Below are positions 14,800 to 29,400 of a stretch of DNA of 64,000 nt, piece by piece. Numbering within the stretch: the stretch's first letter is position 1; each line of letters opens with the position of its first letter. Source of the DNA: Macrostomum lignano (Eukaryota); assembly GCA_002269645.1 (NCBI GenBank), contig NIVC01000041.1, forward strand, positions 558,001-622,000, read 5' to 3'. The position numbers and the translations under genes are program-made. The notes beneath the pieces were generated by a model. It was not told where the DNA came from and made no database searches. It saw only the letters and a list, made by a program, of their open reading frames with translations.

Positions 14800-15430
14800 C
14801 AGGGACAGGACAGTGGGTGCAGGGAGAATAAGTGAATGAAGGGAGGTGCAGGGACAGTAAAGTGGATAAGGGAGTTGCAGTGAGGGGAGAGTGAAGTCAA
14901 TGAAGGGAGGTGCAGGGAGAGTGAAGTGGATCAAGTGAGGTGCAGGGAGAGTGAAGTCGATGAAGGGAGGTGCAGAGAGAATGAAGTGGATGAAGGGAGG
15001 TGCAGAGAGAGTGAAGTGGATGAAAGGAGGTGCAGAGAGAGTGAAGTGGATCAAGTGAGGTGCAGAGAGAGTGAAGTGGATCAAGTGAGGTGCAGAGAGA
15101 GTGAAGTGGATCAAGTGAGGTGCAGAGAGAGTGAAGTGGATCAAGTGAGGTGCAGAGAGAGTGAAGTGGATCAAGTGAGGTGCAGAGAGAGTGAAGTGGA
15201 TCAAGTGAGGTGCAGAGAGAATGAAGTCGATGAAGGGAGGTGCAGAGAGAGTGAAGTGGATCAAGTGAGGTGCAGAGAGAGTGAAGTGGATCAAGTGAGG
15301 TGCAGAGAGAGTGAAGTGGATCAAGGGAGGTGCAGAGAGAATGAAGTCGATGAAGGGAGGTGCAGAGAGAGTGAAGTGGATGAAGGGAGCTGGTATCGGG
15401 GATACAGTATGGGATGAGCAGGTGCAGTGC
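14800..15430. repeat. 30-bp minisatellite (GTGCAGAGAGAGTGAAGTGGATCAAGTGAG)
   Basis: Exact 30-bp period in 15001..15330; its left edge (GGACAGTGGGTGCAGGGAG) is the reverse complement of the 12.6-14.3 kb unit. Confidence 0.95.
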
Positions 15431-15883
15431 AGGCGGTGAGCGTGGAGGGTCAGGCAGTCATGAGTCATAGTCATAAATAAAGCGGAAAGAGCTTCGATTG
15501 TGGCATAATGAAATTTAAGAATAAAATGAGACGGTGTGAACTCAATATTGGTGTGTGAACTGAAACCTACGCGATAGCGCAGAAGCGGCCTTAGAATGCG
15601 CAATACTGAAAAGGTCCAATCTATCACATATTCCACATCTCCCTTTCATAAGCCATCATTGTACTTTCAAGGAACCTTCTGAGAATGCGCGGCCGGAAGC
15701 CCGCGCTGGCCGGAGATTGGCCGATGCGGAAGAAATGATGGAGCTGGAGCCCCGCTCTGGTTGCCCCACTCTCTCTCTCTCTCTCTCTCATTTATATTCT
15801 CCGTAGCTGGCCAGGCAGAGCTCAAACTCAAGAGAGAGTCTGTGCAAATAAAAACCTTGCTCTGCACGCTATTTCAACACAGA

Positions 15884-17440
15884 ATGGAATCGGTCTCCGC
15901 CGCCGCGTCAGTTCGATCGCTGGCCGCTGACAGCAGCTCGAAGTCGGATTTCGAAGATCGAATTGATGACAGCGGCAACAACGACTTCGGGCTGGACTCC
16001 GACGGCATCGAGCAGCTCTACGAGTTGCTGCAGCGGCAGCTTGATCGACGCGATGAGGAACCGTCGCCTACGTCGGCATCGACTCGGCTGCCGGACTGGC
16101 AGTTTCTCGTGTCGTCGTCCTCAGCCGAGGGTCCCGACGACAGCGGCGGGGCGCAGCAGCTTCGGCCCCGACGCGGTCAAGCGCACCGGCGCGGCTCCGA
16201 GTTCCAGCCGGCTGTGGTCGGTCAAAACCAGTCGGTGCAGCGGCAGGCGCAGCGCCTGCTCCGTCAGTGGTTCGCCGAGCAGCGCTCCCAGCTGGAGAAG
16301 CTCGCCGGCTTGCAGCGGGTCGCCCGCCGCCGTCTTGCCGGTCTGCATCTCGACAGGCGGCGCCAGGCGCGGGAGCGGGCGCGCCGGCGCCAGGACGAGG
16401 CCAGGCTGGACGCGCAGCGAGCCGACGAGAGGCAGCGCTGGCGCCAAGAATTGGCGCTAATCGAGCGCGCCATGGCGGAGTTGAGCTCGGCGGCTACGGC
16501 GGCCGATGACTCCACGGAGTCGCCGCCAGCTCCTTCTTCGAGGCTGGAGGCGGTTGAAGAACCGCAGCAGCAGCCGCCGCCGCCATCATCTGAACTGGTC
16601 ACCCTGACGGCCAAGGTGCTGGAAGTTGACCGGGCCGGCTACAGAGCCGCCGCTGCCAACGCGCCAGATGCGCCGGAGCTGCTGGCGCTGACCCGGTCTC
16701 GCAGCAAGAGTTTCATTCGAGAGGCCAGCGGCAACCTGCGGCCGGCCGAGGCCGACCCGACGCCTGAATATCTGGCGGAGCTCAACTTGCCGCCGCTGAC
16801 GAAAGTCAAAGAAACTGCATGCAGCAGCACCGCCAAGAAGAAAGCCAAGAAAAAGCAGGTGACAATTGTGGAATCCCAGCCAGCCGGAGGCCAGCTCCCG
16901 CCAGTGTTGAAGCCGCCGGCATCGAGAAAGCCGTCAGACTCCGAGCGTCGGGCCGTTCGACGCCAGACGGAGGAGCGGCGCATCCTGGACCAGCCGTTCC
17001 GGCGCTACCGACTGGCACCGGACGGCCGGCTCGAGCCGCTGGAGTCGTCACTGCCCGCCGCCCGGTTCTCCATGGTTGGCGAGCCGTCAAACCGGCCGCT
17101 GTACGAGCACCGGAAGCGGCTGGAGCAGGCCAGGGCGGACCAGCTGGAGAGCATGCGAAGGCTGGACGAGCGAACGGCGGACATGCTGAGGACCGCGCAG
17201 GCCGCCACCGCCGCCGCCATGGTGCAACAGCGCCGTCCGGAGAGAGCTGCTCCTCCCCCGGCAGCTGCGGCATCGGGTCCCGCAGCCTGGGCGAGCGTGT
17301 TCATCAGGAACGAACTGCCGGAAGGCGTGCAGCCGGGCAGCCTGGAGGCGATGCGCTACGTCGAGTACATCAGGCCGGATCCGCTGAGACCGGACAGGCC
17401 GGCCGGCATTGAGCACGTGTTTAGCGATCTGCAGAATTGA
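15884..17440 (+). CDS. Intronless hypothetical protein, ~518 aa, with a central R/E/Q-rich coiled-coil-like segment
   Basis: Long GC-rich ORF with strong GC3 bias. The ATG at 15884 follows an acceptor-like TTTCAACACAG. No family recognised. Confidence 0.8.
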   Translation: MESVSAAASVRSLAADSSSKSDFEDRIDDSGNNDFGLDSDGIEQLYELLQRQLDRRDEEPSPTSASTRLPDWQFLVSSSSAEGPDDSGGAQQLRPRRGQAHRRGSEFQPAVVGQNQSVQRQAQRLLRQWFAEQRSQLEKLAGLQRVARRRLAGLHLDRRRQARERARRRQDEARLDAQRADERQRWRQELALIERAMAELSSAATAADDSTESPPAPSSRLEAVEEPQQQPPPPSSELVTLTAKVLEVDRAGYRAAAANAPDAPELLALTRSRSKSFIREASGNLRPAEADPTPEYLAELNLPPLTKVKETACSSTAKKKAKKKQVTIVESQPAGGQLPPVLKPPASRKPSDSERRAVRRQTEERRILDQPFRRYRLAPDGRLEPLESSLPAARFSMVGEPSNRPLYEHRKRLEQARADQLESMRRLDERTADMLRTAQAATAAAMVQQRRPERAAPPPAAAASGPAAWASVFIRNELPEGVQPGSLEAMRYVEYIRPDPLRPDRPAGIEHVFSDLQN

Positions 17441-17749
17441 TTGTTCCTCTGTTGAGACCCGAGCTCAGGAATTTAGAGCTGCTTAGTTAGTAGTATGTGA
17501 AGCTTATTTACAGCTCAGCGCTTAACAAGTCTGACTCACGGGTTGGATCACGTGACCTTGATTTACGAGTATTTTCATAACGATGCGAACAACTATTTAT
17601 ACGTTGTAAATATTTGAATCTGGCTACTTATAGTACGTGAAGTCAAAGGGAACAACCAGACCTCTTTTTTCTTTTTTTAGCTTTAATTTCTTTAGCTGCG
17701 AGATTGAATTCAAAGTTGTTAAGTTGTTTGAGGCGCGATTAAATGGATT

Positions 17750-18090
17750 CTCTGTTTTGGCGCCAATTTGAATGTCCAGCCGTTGTGGCGCCAATTTGAA
17801 TGTCCAGCAGTTGTGGCGCCAATTTGAATGTCCAGCAGTTGTGGCGCCAATTTGAATGTCTAGCAGTTTTGGAACCAATTTGAATCAACAGTTGTGGCGC
17901 CAATTTGAATGTCCAGCAGTTGTGGCGCCAATTTGAATGTCTATAGTTTTGGCGCCAAATTAAATAATTAGTTTTGGCACTAATTTGAATGTCTATTTTT
18001 GGCGCCAATTTGAATGTCCAGCAGTTGTAGCGCCAGTTTGAATGCCTAGCAGTTGTGGCGCCAATTTCAATATCCAGTAGTTGTGGCACC
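17750..18090. repeat. 28-bp minisatellite (GGCGCCAATTTGAATGTCCAGCAGTTGT)
   Basis: CGCC at 17761 and 17789. Confidence 0.93.
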
Positions 18091-18659
18091 AAATGCAATG
18101 GTTATACATATAAATGTAGAAGAAAACTCATTAAAAAACGGATAGTTTCGTAAAAATCCCATCCCCTCGACATTGATATGCATGTATTGCAAATTCTAAC
18201 AGAGAATTTTATAACTTTCACTTCCTACAATATTGCAGCAGTTGCTGAGAGAGAAGAGGCCTTTATTGCAGGCGGCTACTCAGAACTGAAAGAAATGCTT
18301 AGTAATAGCTGTGGCTCCTTGGCCACAGGTGCGGAGTGCCCATACCCGCCCCTCTGAAATCACCCCCCCCCCCTCGGTTCTGTCGCTGAACAGCTGTCGG
18401 GCGCTGACCAACTCGAACCGTGCCCTCTATTTTTTGGTCTCTGCTTTTAGAAGCTAGAAGAACGGCTTAGACAAGAGAGCCAAACAGAACCAAGGACATC
18501 TCAAAGCTAGAAATCTGGACTAGAAATAAGTTTATGTCGATGATTCAGAGGCAGAAATTACACAATTTCATAACTGGTTAAGACAAAACTCAGCTGCCAG
18601 TCCAGATGCTGCAACAAGGACGCGACGAACAGAAAGATTTATATTAAAAGCAATTTTTG

Positions 18660-19005
18660 GGAGTGAATCTATGGAGTGACTCTCTTAGATTCGATTCTAA
18701 AAATAGAACTCTATGGAGTGAATCTAGCGAGTGACTCTCTCAGATTCGATTCTAAAAATAGAACTCTATGGAGTGAATCTAGCGAGTGACTCTCTTAGAT
18801 TCGATTCTAAAAATAGAACTCTATGGAGTGAATCTAGCGAGTGACTCTCTTAGATTCGATTCTAAAAATAGAACTCTATGGAGTGAATCTAGCGAGTGAC
18901 TCTCTTAGATTCGATTCTAAAAATAGAACTCTATGGAGTGAATCTAGCGAGTGACTCTCTTAGATTCGATTCTAAAAATAGAACTCTATGGAGTGAATCT
19001 AGCTA
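18660..19005. repeat. 55-bp minisatellite (CTATGGAGTGAATCTAGCGAGTGACTCTCTTAGATTCGATTCTAAAAATAGAACT), ~6 copies
   Basis: CTATG at 18711 and 18766; copies are near-identical. Confidence 0.95.
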
Positions 19006-19228
19006 GTGATTTGAGTGTACAATTTACAAGCACACATGAAGATTATGGTAGGCAGTTTTGAGCATAGCTCTGGGATCACGATCTCAGGCAGCCAATCGCA
19101 GACCAGATAGACGGACCCCTATAAGATTAAATTCTTAAGCAATGGCATAAAATGCTCCAACCCCAACCCTTGAACTCCTCTCTGCAAATTTCTCGGCAAA
19201 AGAAGATAAGTTATTTTAAAGCATAGAA

Positions 19229-23709
<4,481 letters not shown>

Positions 23710-23964
23710 AATTTGTCGAGATTTTGTCTTTGCCGTTGCTATGGCAACGATAATCTTCAGTTTGAAAAATTAGTGCTAAATTCAATGACAAGTTTAATAT
23801 AGCAACAATTTATCAATAATGATATCTATTCGCCTACTACATGAATACAATAACTACAATGCATCAGCTAATAAATGCAAAAAATTTAGTTTGAGATTCA
23901 TATTCGCGGTATGCCTACTGACTTTAGACAAAAAATTAGTAGCGTTTTTTGCGCATTAACGCAG

Positions 23965-25337
23965 TTAAGTTATTTTCCGTGTTTTATTGGTCTCTCGAGT
24001 CAGGGGAAGCCACAGAATCGCATAGTGGGGATCTGCCGCAGCCGCGGGTTGCTCTTGCTCAAAGCCAGCTGCAGCAAAAAATTCCAACGAAACGGCATTG
24101 AATTTGAAAACTGTGGCCACCACGCCGGACATTCCCGCGCCGGTGGCAACCCGGCGAAGACAGGCCAGGAGGCGTTGGCCAATGCCGCGCCTGCGACAGT
24201 CCGGCGCTACCTGCCAGCAATATAGTAGTAAAAATAGAGTTTTTTGCTATTTTTAATATAGCTGCAACGAAACTTAAAAAGCCCCACTAAGCCTACGTAG
24301 CGAAGTTGATTTGACGCGAAAGACCGGGGTTCGATTCCGGTGTTACAAAAATAAACTTGAATGCATAAAGCCTGACTCTCATAGAACAATGCTGAACACA
24401 GTTTGACATCGTAGCACTTGCCTGAATCTCATAGCAACTGCTTGAATCTCATAGCACCTGCTTGAATCTCGTAGCACTTGCCTGAATCTCATAGCACCTG
24501 CTTAAATCTCATAGCACTTGCCTGAATCTCATAGCACCTGCTTAAATCTCATAGCACTTGCCTGAATCTCATAGCACTTGCCTGAATCTCATAGCACCTG
24601 CTTGAAACTCATAGCACTAGCCTGAATCTCATAGCACTAACCTGAATCTCATAGCACTTGCCTGAATCTCATAGCACTAACCTGAATCTCATAGCACTTG
24701 CCTGAATCTCAAAGCACTTGCCTGAATCTCATAGCACTTGCCTGAATCTCATACAAATATAGCACAGGTTTGCCGGCCTCCAAATCGAACCGAAAGTTGG
24801 CCAACCCGACAATCTGCTGCTGGCCGCAGTCAGCAACGCCTGCGGCCTCTTCTGGAAGCGGCAACAGCAACAGGAAATAAGCCTCCGGGTGGAACAGCTC
24901 TCTGCGTTTAGCCGAGTCGCTCCAGCCCCAGGCGCTGCGCCGGTACATGTCGCGCATGTTCGACCGGACCAAGTCGAAGGCGCAGCGCCGAAGGCAGACG
25001 TCGAGGTTCCGAGCTCGACGACAGACCAGCTGACCGCTAGCGGTATCGACAGCCGGCGAATTCGACGCGTCGACAGCGAATGCCGACAAAGGGTCGTCGA
25101 TGAGGCTGGCAGCGGCCACGACGGCGCTTGCCGACGAGACGTCTTGACGACGGCGGCGGCGGCCGTGGCGACGAGGCGAGGATGACTGTAAGAGCCGAGC
25201 AATCTGTTACATGCAGATTTGAATGCCTTAACTGCCTAGTGTACCTGGGTCGGCACTTCACAACAGCAATCCGACCCGCTCAATGTTTGACTTTTCTCTG
25301 CTTCTCCACTCTTCTCTTCTTCTGGTCTATAGTACAT
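23965..25337 (-). CDS. NAA40: N-alpha-acetyltransferase 40 (NatD, GNAT family); complement(join(23965..24210,24742..25185,25245..25337)), ~260 aa, intron 2 is GC-AG
   Basis: FDLVRSNMRDMYRRSAWGWSDSAKRRELF, FRFDLE...VLYLYEIQ, the acetyl-CoA motif RRRGIG and VATVFKFN. CAG|GCAAGT donor joins phase 0 to GGCAG|GTA. The first exon (MYYRP...PTQ|GTACAC) is less certain. Confidence 0.9.
24410..24741 (-). repeat. 20-bp array (GCAAGTGCTATGAGATTCAG) made of the NAA40 exon end plus its 5' splice site
   Basis: TATGAGATTCAG equals the last 12 nt of the exon and GCAAGTGC equals the first 8 nt of the intron. Confidence 0.93.
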
Positions 25338-25984
25338 GTGCGTGGATTTGGTGAAAAAGTACATTAACTATAGGGATAACTTGAAACTTCGGCTAGTTGC
25401 TTGTGCACATTCTCCAGTGCACAAAGTCGGGGCCGGTGTACACTCTGTGATGATGCGCTAATTAAAAAAATCAAACTACGATATGCTTATATATTTTCAG
25501 CACGCAAGCACCTGGAACATATATATTATATTATAACAGAAAACAACGCAAATGATTTGTTTAACTACTGGAATATCCATACAAGAGTACTTGAAGTACG
25601 AGTAATATAAAAATTAAAGGCATCGAAGATATCGATAGCTATGAGCTGTGGCTAAAAAAGAAGAAAATATTGAATATTAATATCAGAGCAAAAAATTGCT
25701 TAGGGCTCACCGGAATACGGCAGTTGATGTTTGTCTATTAGAAGACCTGCTAGAAAGGATTCAGTCAAAAATAAGCAGCGGCGGACTGCCGCTAACTAAA
25801 AAATAAAATTGGATAAATGTCGAAGAATAAAAACTTTCGTAAAAGTAAAAAATAACTTTTTAGCAACAGCTTTTTGGAAACCTGCTTAGACTGTCAATTC
25901 TTTTGCTTCAGATTTTCTCCACGCTCTACATGTAGTATAGAGCGTTTCTATCTCGGCCATTTCTTCGCCGGACCAATCAGAGAT

Positions 25985-26350
25985 CAACTGTAGCAACCCC
26001 GCCTCAATTCCTTCCCCTCCTAGCCAATAAGAGAGCAGCACCAGGACACGCTGCTACTGTAGCAACCCCGCCTCAATTCCTTCCTCTCCTAGCCAATAAG
26101 AGAGCAGCACCAGGACACGCTGCTACTGTAGCAACCCCGCCTCAATTCCTTCCTCTCCTAGCCAATAAGAGAGCAGCAGCAGGACACACTGCTACTGTAG
26201 CAACCCCTCCTCAATTCCTTCCCCTCCTAGCCAATAAGAGAGCAGCAGCAGGACACACTGCTACTGTAGCAACCCCTCCTCAATTCCTTCCCCTCCTAGC
26301 CAATAAGAGAGCAGCAGCAGGACACACTGCTACTGTAGCAACCCCGCCTC
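25985..26350. repeat. 69-bp minisatellite, ~5 copies, between the ENPP gene and NAA40
   Basis: CTGTAGCAACC at 25988 and 26057. Confidence 0.93.
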
Positions 26351-26443
26351 AAAGACCAACAGAACAGACTGCAACAACCCCGCTCTAATTCTTTCCCTGT
26401 TCCTGTTTAATAGGAGAGCAGCCAATTAAAGTCACTGAATTAG

Positions 26444-29400
26444 TCACTTGTTAAGTCTAATAGCAGTGCGGTAAAATTGAGCATCAATCCGCAGCTTCAG
26501 CCATCGCGTACGCCACTGACAAGCCAGATAGCTAACAATAACCAGTAGCGCCAAAACGAAGAGACACAGAGCACCAAGTACAAAGGCAGGAGTATATGGC
26601 CTGTATTTATTAAACCAGCAATCAAACAGGTCTGAGAGAAATTTGTCGATAAACTTATTGCCAGTTGGTATCGGCTCAACCAGTAGCCAGTCGGGCGAAG
26701 ACAGCACTGCGCTAATCCGATCTAGGGAGCCATTATTCGGATTAGCTCGGATGCCCAATAGTCGGCAAGCCAGGGGATAAAGATCCACAGACTCAATCAG
26801 CTGATCAATCTCAACTCCGCCAGACTGAAATGCCGGCCCCCTAGCCAGCCACAGAGGCCACATATCCGTGTCATTGTTAGCGTAGCCGTGCACGCCAAAC
26901 GTAGCAGGATGCTCAGGCGGTATGCCGCCAACAACGATGACGTATGGGGGTCCGCGTACAAATACACTGGCGGTGTCCGCCGCGACCCGTTAAAGTGCAT
27001 CCAATCGGGCAGGTGAGAGGCCAGGTTAGCCCGCAGGTAGGGCAATTTAGCGTCCGAGACGGCTTTGATAATATCTTGAGCTCGGCCTGGTTTCGGCATT
27101 AAGCCCAGGTGTATATTAGCCTTATCGGCTAAGTAATTAACGTACCAATCCGGATTAACTATTTGATCCAAGTCAATTAGATTCGAACTATTGCCCGTCG
27201 TCATGCCGTGATCGGCTGTCAATACGATATTGATTCGATCAGTTAGGCCCAGCTCTTTCAAGCCGGTCATCAATTGGCCAAGCTGTTGGTCCAATTCTAT
27301 TAGCCTGGCGGCAACATCATCGCTCAGGTGGCCAGCCTGGTGGGCAGTGTGATCCGGCTCGTCAAAGTACAACAGGCCCAGATTAATGCCGTACAGCTGC
27401 GGCTGGCCCAGCCAGTGCAGCATGCGACTCACCCGCCGGCTGTACGGATAGCGGACTGAGCTGCCGTTGTTCAGGGTGGCGTACTGGTCCACCTGGGTTG
27501 AGTGGATGGGGTGGGTTGGCTTGCCTAGATATACTAGATTAGCTTGTCTAGATATACTAGATTAGCTTGTCTAGATCTACTAGTTTAGCTTGTCTAGATC
27601 TGCTATACTGGCTTGTCTAGATCTGCTATACTGGCTTGTCTAGATCTGCTAGACTGGCTTGTCTAGATCTGCTAGACTGGCCTGTCTAGATCTGCTAGAC
27701 TGACCTGTCTAGATCTGCTAGACTGACCTGTCTAGATCTACTAGATTGGTATGTCTAGATCTGCTAGACTGACCTGTCTAGATCTACTAGATTGGTATGT
27801 CTAGATTTGCTAGACTGGCTTGTCTAGATCTGCTAGATTGACTTTCCCCAGTGTAATGATTTTTTTGTTGGCCAATAAAGGTTTTAGGTTATCTAATACC
27901 AACTCCTACCTGTACAAAGGGCAAAAAGCCGTTGTAAGGCAGGTCGGAATTCGGGTACAGCACCACGGCGGATCGGCCGCCCTGCCTCTGATTGGTCACC
28001 CACAACGGCTCCGGCCAGCCAGCAGACCAGTCGGGATCATTCAGACTGGACTGGTCAAAGACAGAGAACAATTTGCCTGGCAATTCGGGATCGGCAAACG
28101 TGTTCAAAATGAAACCGTGACTCTCAGAGTAGAGTCCGGTAACCAGGCTCTGATGATTGGGCAGAGTCTCCGTAGGGTACACGTTCTTCACCCGTTTAGC
28201 TCGAACGCCTTGACTAGCGAACGCTTCAAAATTTGGCAGTTGAACGCCTCTAGAGCGGTACAGTTCGAGGTAGTCGTGACGGAATCCATCGAATATGACG
28301 ATTAGTAAGGGCAGTCGGCCGGGTGGTGAACCGGCGGAGTGGTTCGCGCCGCAGGCGATTGACACCTGGGCTAACAGGGCCGCGATGAGCAGAAGGGCGA
28401 CTCTGGCCTGACGGGTGCAGGTTTGGAGTAAAGTTAGAGACGATTTCCAGTGTGGGTGAAGAGGGGATGCTCAGTGTGGGTGGAGGGGATTCTCAGTGTG
28501 GGTGAAGAGGGGATGCTCAGTGTGGGTGAAGAGGGGATTCCCAGTGTGGGTGAAGAGGGGATGCTCAGTGTGGGTGAAGAGGGGACTCAGTGTGGGTGAA
28601 GAGGAGATTCTCAGTGTGGGTGAAGAGGAGATTCTCAGTGTGGGTGAAGAGGAGATTCTCAGTGTGGGTGAAGAGGGGATTCTCAGTGTGGGTGAAGAGG
28701 GGATTCTCAGTGTGGGTGAAGAGGAGATTCTCAGTGTGGGTGAAGAGGAGATTCTCAGTGTGGGTGAAGAGGGGATTCTCAGTGTGGGTGAAGAGGGGAT
28801 TCTCAGTGTGGGTGAAGAGGGGATGCTCAGTGTGGGTGAAGAGGGGATTCTCAGTGTGGGTGAAGAGGAGATTCTCAGTGTGGGTGAAGAGGAGATTCTC
28901 AGTGTGGGTGAAGAGGGGATTCTCAGTGTGGGTGAAGAGGGATTCTCAGTGTGGGTGAAGAGGAGATTCTCAGTGTGGGTGAAGAGGGGATTCTCAGTGT
29001 GGGTGAAGAGGAGATTCTCAGTGTGGGTGAGAGGGGATTCTCAGTGTGGGTGAAGATGGGATTCTCAGTGTGGGTGAAGAGGAGATTCTCAGTGTGGGTG
29101 AAGAGGGGATTCTCAGTGTGGGTGAGAGGGGATTCTCAGTGTGGGTGAAGAGGGGATGCTCAGTGTGGGTGAAGAGGGGATCCTCAGTGTGGGTGAAGAG
29201 GGGATTCTCAGTGTGGGTGAAGAGGGGATTCTCAGTGTGGGTGAAGAGGAGATTCTCAGTGTGGGTGAAGAGGGGATTCTCAGTGTGGGTGAAGAGGGGA
29301 TTCTCAGTGTGGGTGAGAGGAGATTCTCAGTGTGGGTGAAGAGGGGATTCTCAGTGTGGGTGAAGAGGAGATTCTCAGTGTGGGTGAAGAGGAGATTCTC

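Noticed and set aside
24295-24345. Possible tRNA gene (GGTTCGATTCC B-box with an A-box-like TAGCGAAGTTG)
   Set aside because: A-to-B spacing is only ~30 nt and no cloverleaf forms; at most a SINE remnant. The same applies to 34603..34651.
25185-25337. Spliced-leader-supplied AUG for NAA40 (exon at 25185 starts in phase 0 with no ATG)
   Set aside because: A plausible 31-codon upstream exon (ATG 25337, CAG|GTACAC, 59-nt intron) supplies the start in phase 0, so the SL hypothesis is not needed here.
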